A DNA stretch of 19,914 nucleotides from Octopus sinensis (taxonomy: Eukaryota), in assembly GCF_006345805.1 (NCBI RefSeq), contig NW_021824454.1, positions 1 through 19,914 of the forward strand, in the 5' to 3' direction. Positions 18,709 through 19,914 of this stretch are shown here, piece by piece. A model generated the notes under the pieces. The model did no database searches and was not told the DNA's origin. It worked only from the letters and a program-made list of their open reading frames with translations. Both the position numbers and the translations under genes were made by a program. The stretch's first letter is position 1. Each line of letters opens with the position of its first letter.

Positions 18709-18795
18709 GCTGATGGTTCCCAACCTGGGGTCCGCGGAGCTCTGGTGGCCCACAAAGGTAGTACTAGAAGTCCGTGAACTAAATTCAAAATTTCA
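18709..18795 (+). mobile_element. Left end of a hAT/Charlie-like MITE
   Basis: TGGTTCCCAACCTGGGGTCC resembles the CAGTGGTTCCCAACC terminus; truncated by (TA)n. Confidence 0.55.
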
Positions 18796-18832
18796 TATAT
18801 ATATTAATATAAATATATATATATATATTATA

Positions 18833-18903
<71 letters not shown>
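18795..18903. repeat. (TA)n microsatellite
   Basis: Direct reading. Confidence 0.95.
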
Positions 18904-18904
<1 letters not shown>

Positions 18905-19483
18905 TCTTTTTGGTACGTTTATATATTTGTTGTGCAAGATTTTTTACGTGAAGTCGTGTGTTGAAACAGATATTGTTATATTTCGGAATGGTCATTTTGC
19001 CAGTTTAGCCTGAATAGAAAACTAGAATGGAACACAAGCACACACCACAACATATGAGGGTAGAGGATCCCAATAAACTGGTTACAATATGAACAGAACC
19101 GAAAACATAATAAATAAAATACACAGATAAATAAACAAATAGAAATAAATAACTATATAATTTTTTATTTATTTATTATTATTATTACTAGTATTGTTGT
19201 TATACGGACATACCTACATACAAGCATATGTAATGATAATAATAAGTGGATGTAAACACATGAACAAAATAAGAATAAACAAAAACAACAACAAAAACAA
19301 ATTAGATGAACGTATATAAACAGAAGATACAAATATTACAGGCATCCCGCCCCACACACACTAAATAAACATAGACGCACATAGAGATATAAGCATGCGC
19401 AAATGAAGACATACAATAGAAATACAAAATGGCTGCGGTTAGTAAGGAGAGACACAAATAAGAAAGAAGAAAACAAAGGACCA

Positions 19484-19511
19484 CTGATGCGGTCACAGGA
19501 GTGTGACGAAA
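19484..19511 (+). ncRNA. Degenerate hammerhead-like core
   Basis: CUGAUGC-G-GUCAC-(AGGAGU)-GUGAC-GAAA. A9 is replaced by C, and stems I and III are not convincingly formed. Confidence 0.3.
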
Positions 19512-19769
19512 GAACAGTTTAAACAGGTGTTATCCGGATTAAATAACTTTGTTAAAGAAATCGTGGGAGTGTATGACGTTTTGGGGTAACAATTATATGA
19601 ATAGTGTAAACAAAAATTGCAGGGACGCTGGAGAATTTACTGTATTTGATGACATGTAGCACTCGCAGACATATCTGAGCCCTACCCACTTCACCAGACA
19701 GTCTGAAAATTGCTGGAAATAGCACTCTAGTTGTTAGTGGTGAAATAACAGTATAATCTAACGAAGGTC

Positions 19770-19851
19770 TATATGTGTGTGTGTATATATAGGTATACGT
19801 ATGTATATTTATATATATATGTATGTATGTAGTATGTATGTATGTATGTAT

Positions 19852-19914
<63 letters not shown>
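19770..19914. repeat. (TA)n/(TATG)n microsatellite
   Basis: Direct reading. Confidence 0.95.

Noticed and set aside
18904-19010. Possible hammerhead in a probable repeat fragment (GTGAAGTCGTGTGTTGAAACAG)
   Set aside because: No valid core or stem II on either strand; family identity cannot be supported from this window.
5-19914. The many Y/I/C/V/H/T-rich ORFs in the ORF track
   Set aside because: They are translations of (TA)n, (TG)n, (CA)n and (TACA)n microsatellites with no coding signal.

Overview
AT-rich, microsatellite-saturated eukaryotic non-genic or intronic DNA. The SINE, MITE and LINE families and the extreme (TA)n/(TACA)n content suggest a coleoid cephalopod such as Octopus (inference from remembered repeat families, not a search). 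No intact host protein-coding gene is supported, and almost all listed ORFs are microsatellite or antisense artefacts. The window is a layered transposon graveyard: a decayed Tc1 transposase; two Tigger/pogo fossils, one split by a SINE and a hAT MITE; an internally deleted mariner; a mariner fold-back made of two left ends; 5'-truncated CR1/L2-type and L1/Tx1-type LINEs; tRNA-derived SINEs with TSDs; and a near-perfect ~1.25 kb tandem duplication. The best leads are a minimal type I hammerhead-ribozyme motif with a G3-C8 core swap inside a Penelope-like inverted repeat (5972-6022), a second degenerate hammerhead-like core (~19484), an 80-nt pre-miRNA-like hairpin (2100-2179), and the two-left-end mariner that appears to have inserted as one unit. 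All alignments and identities were done by hand.
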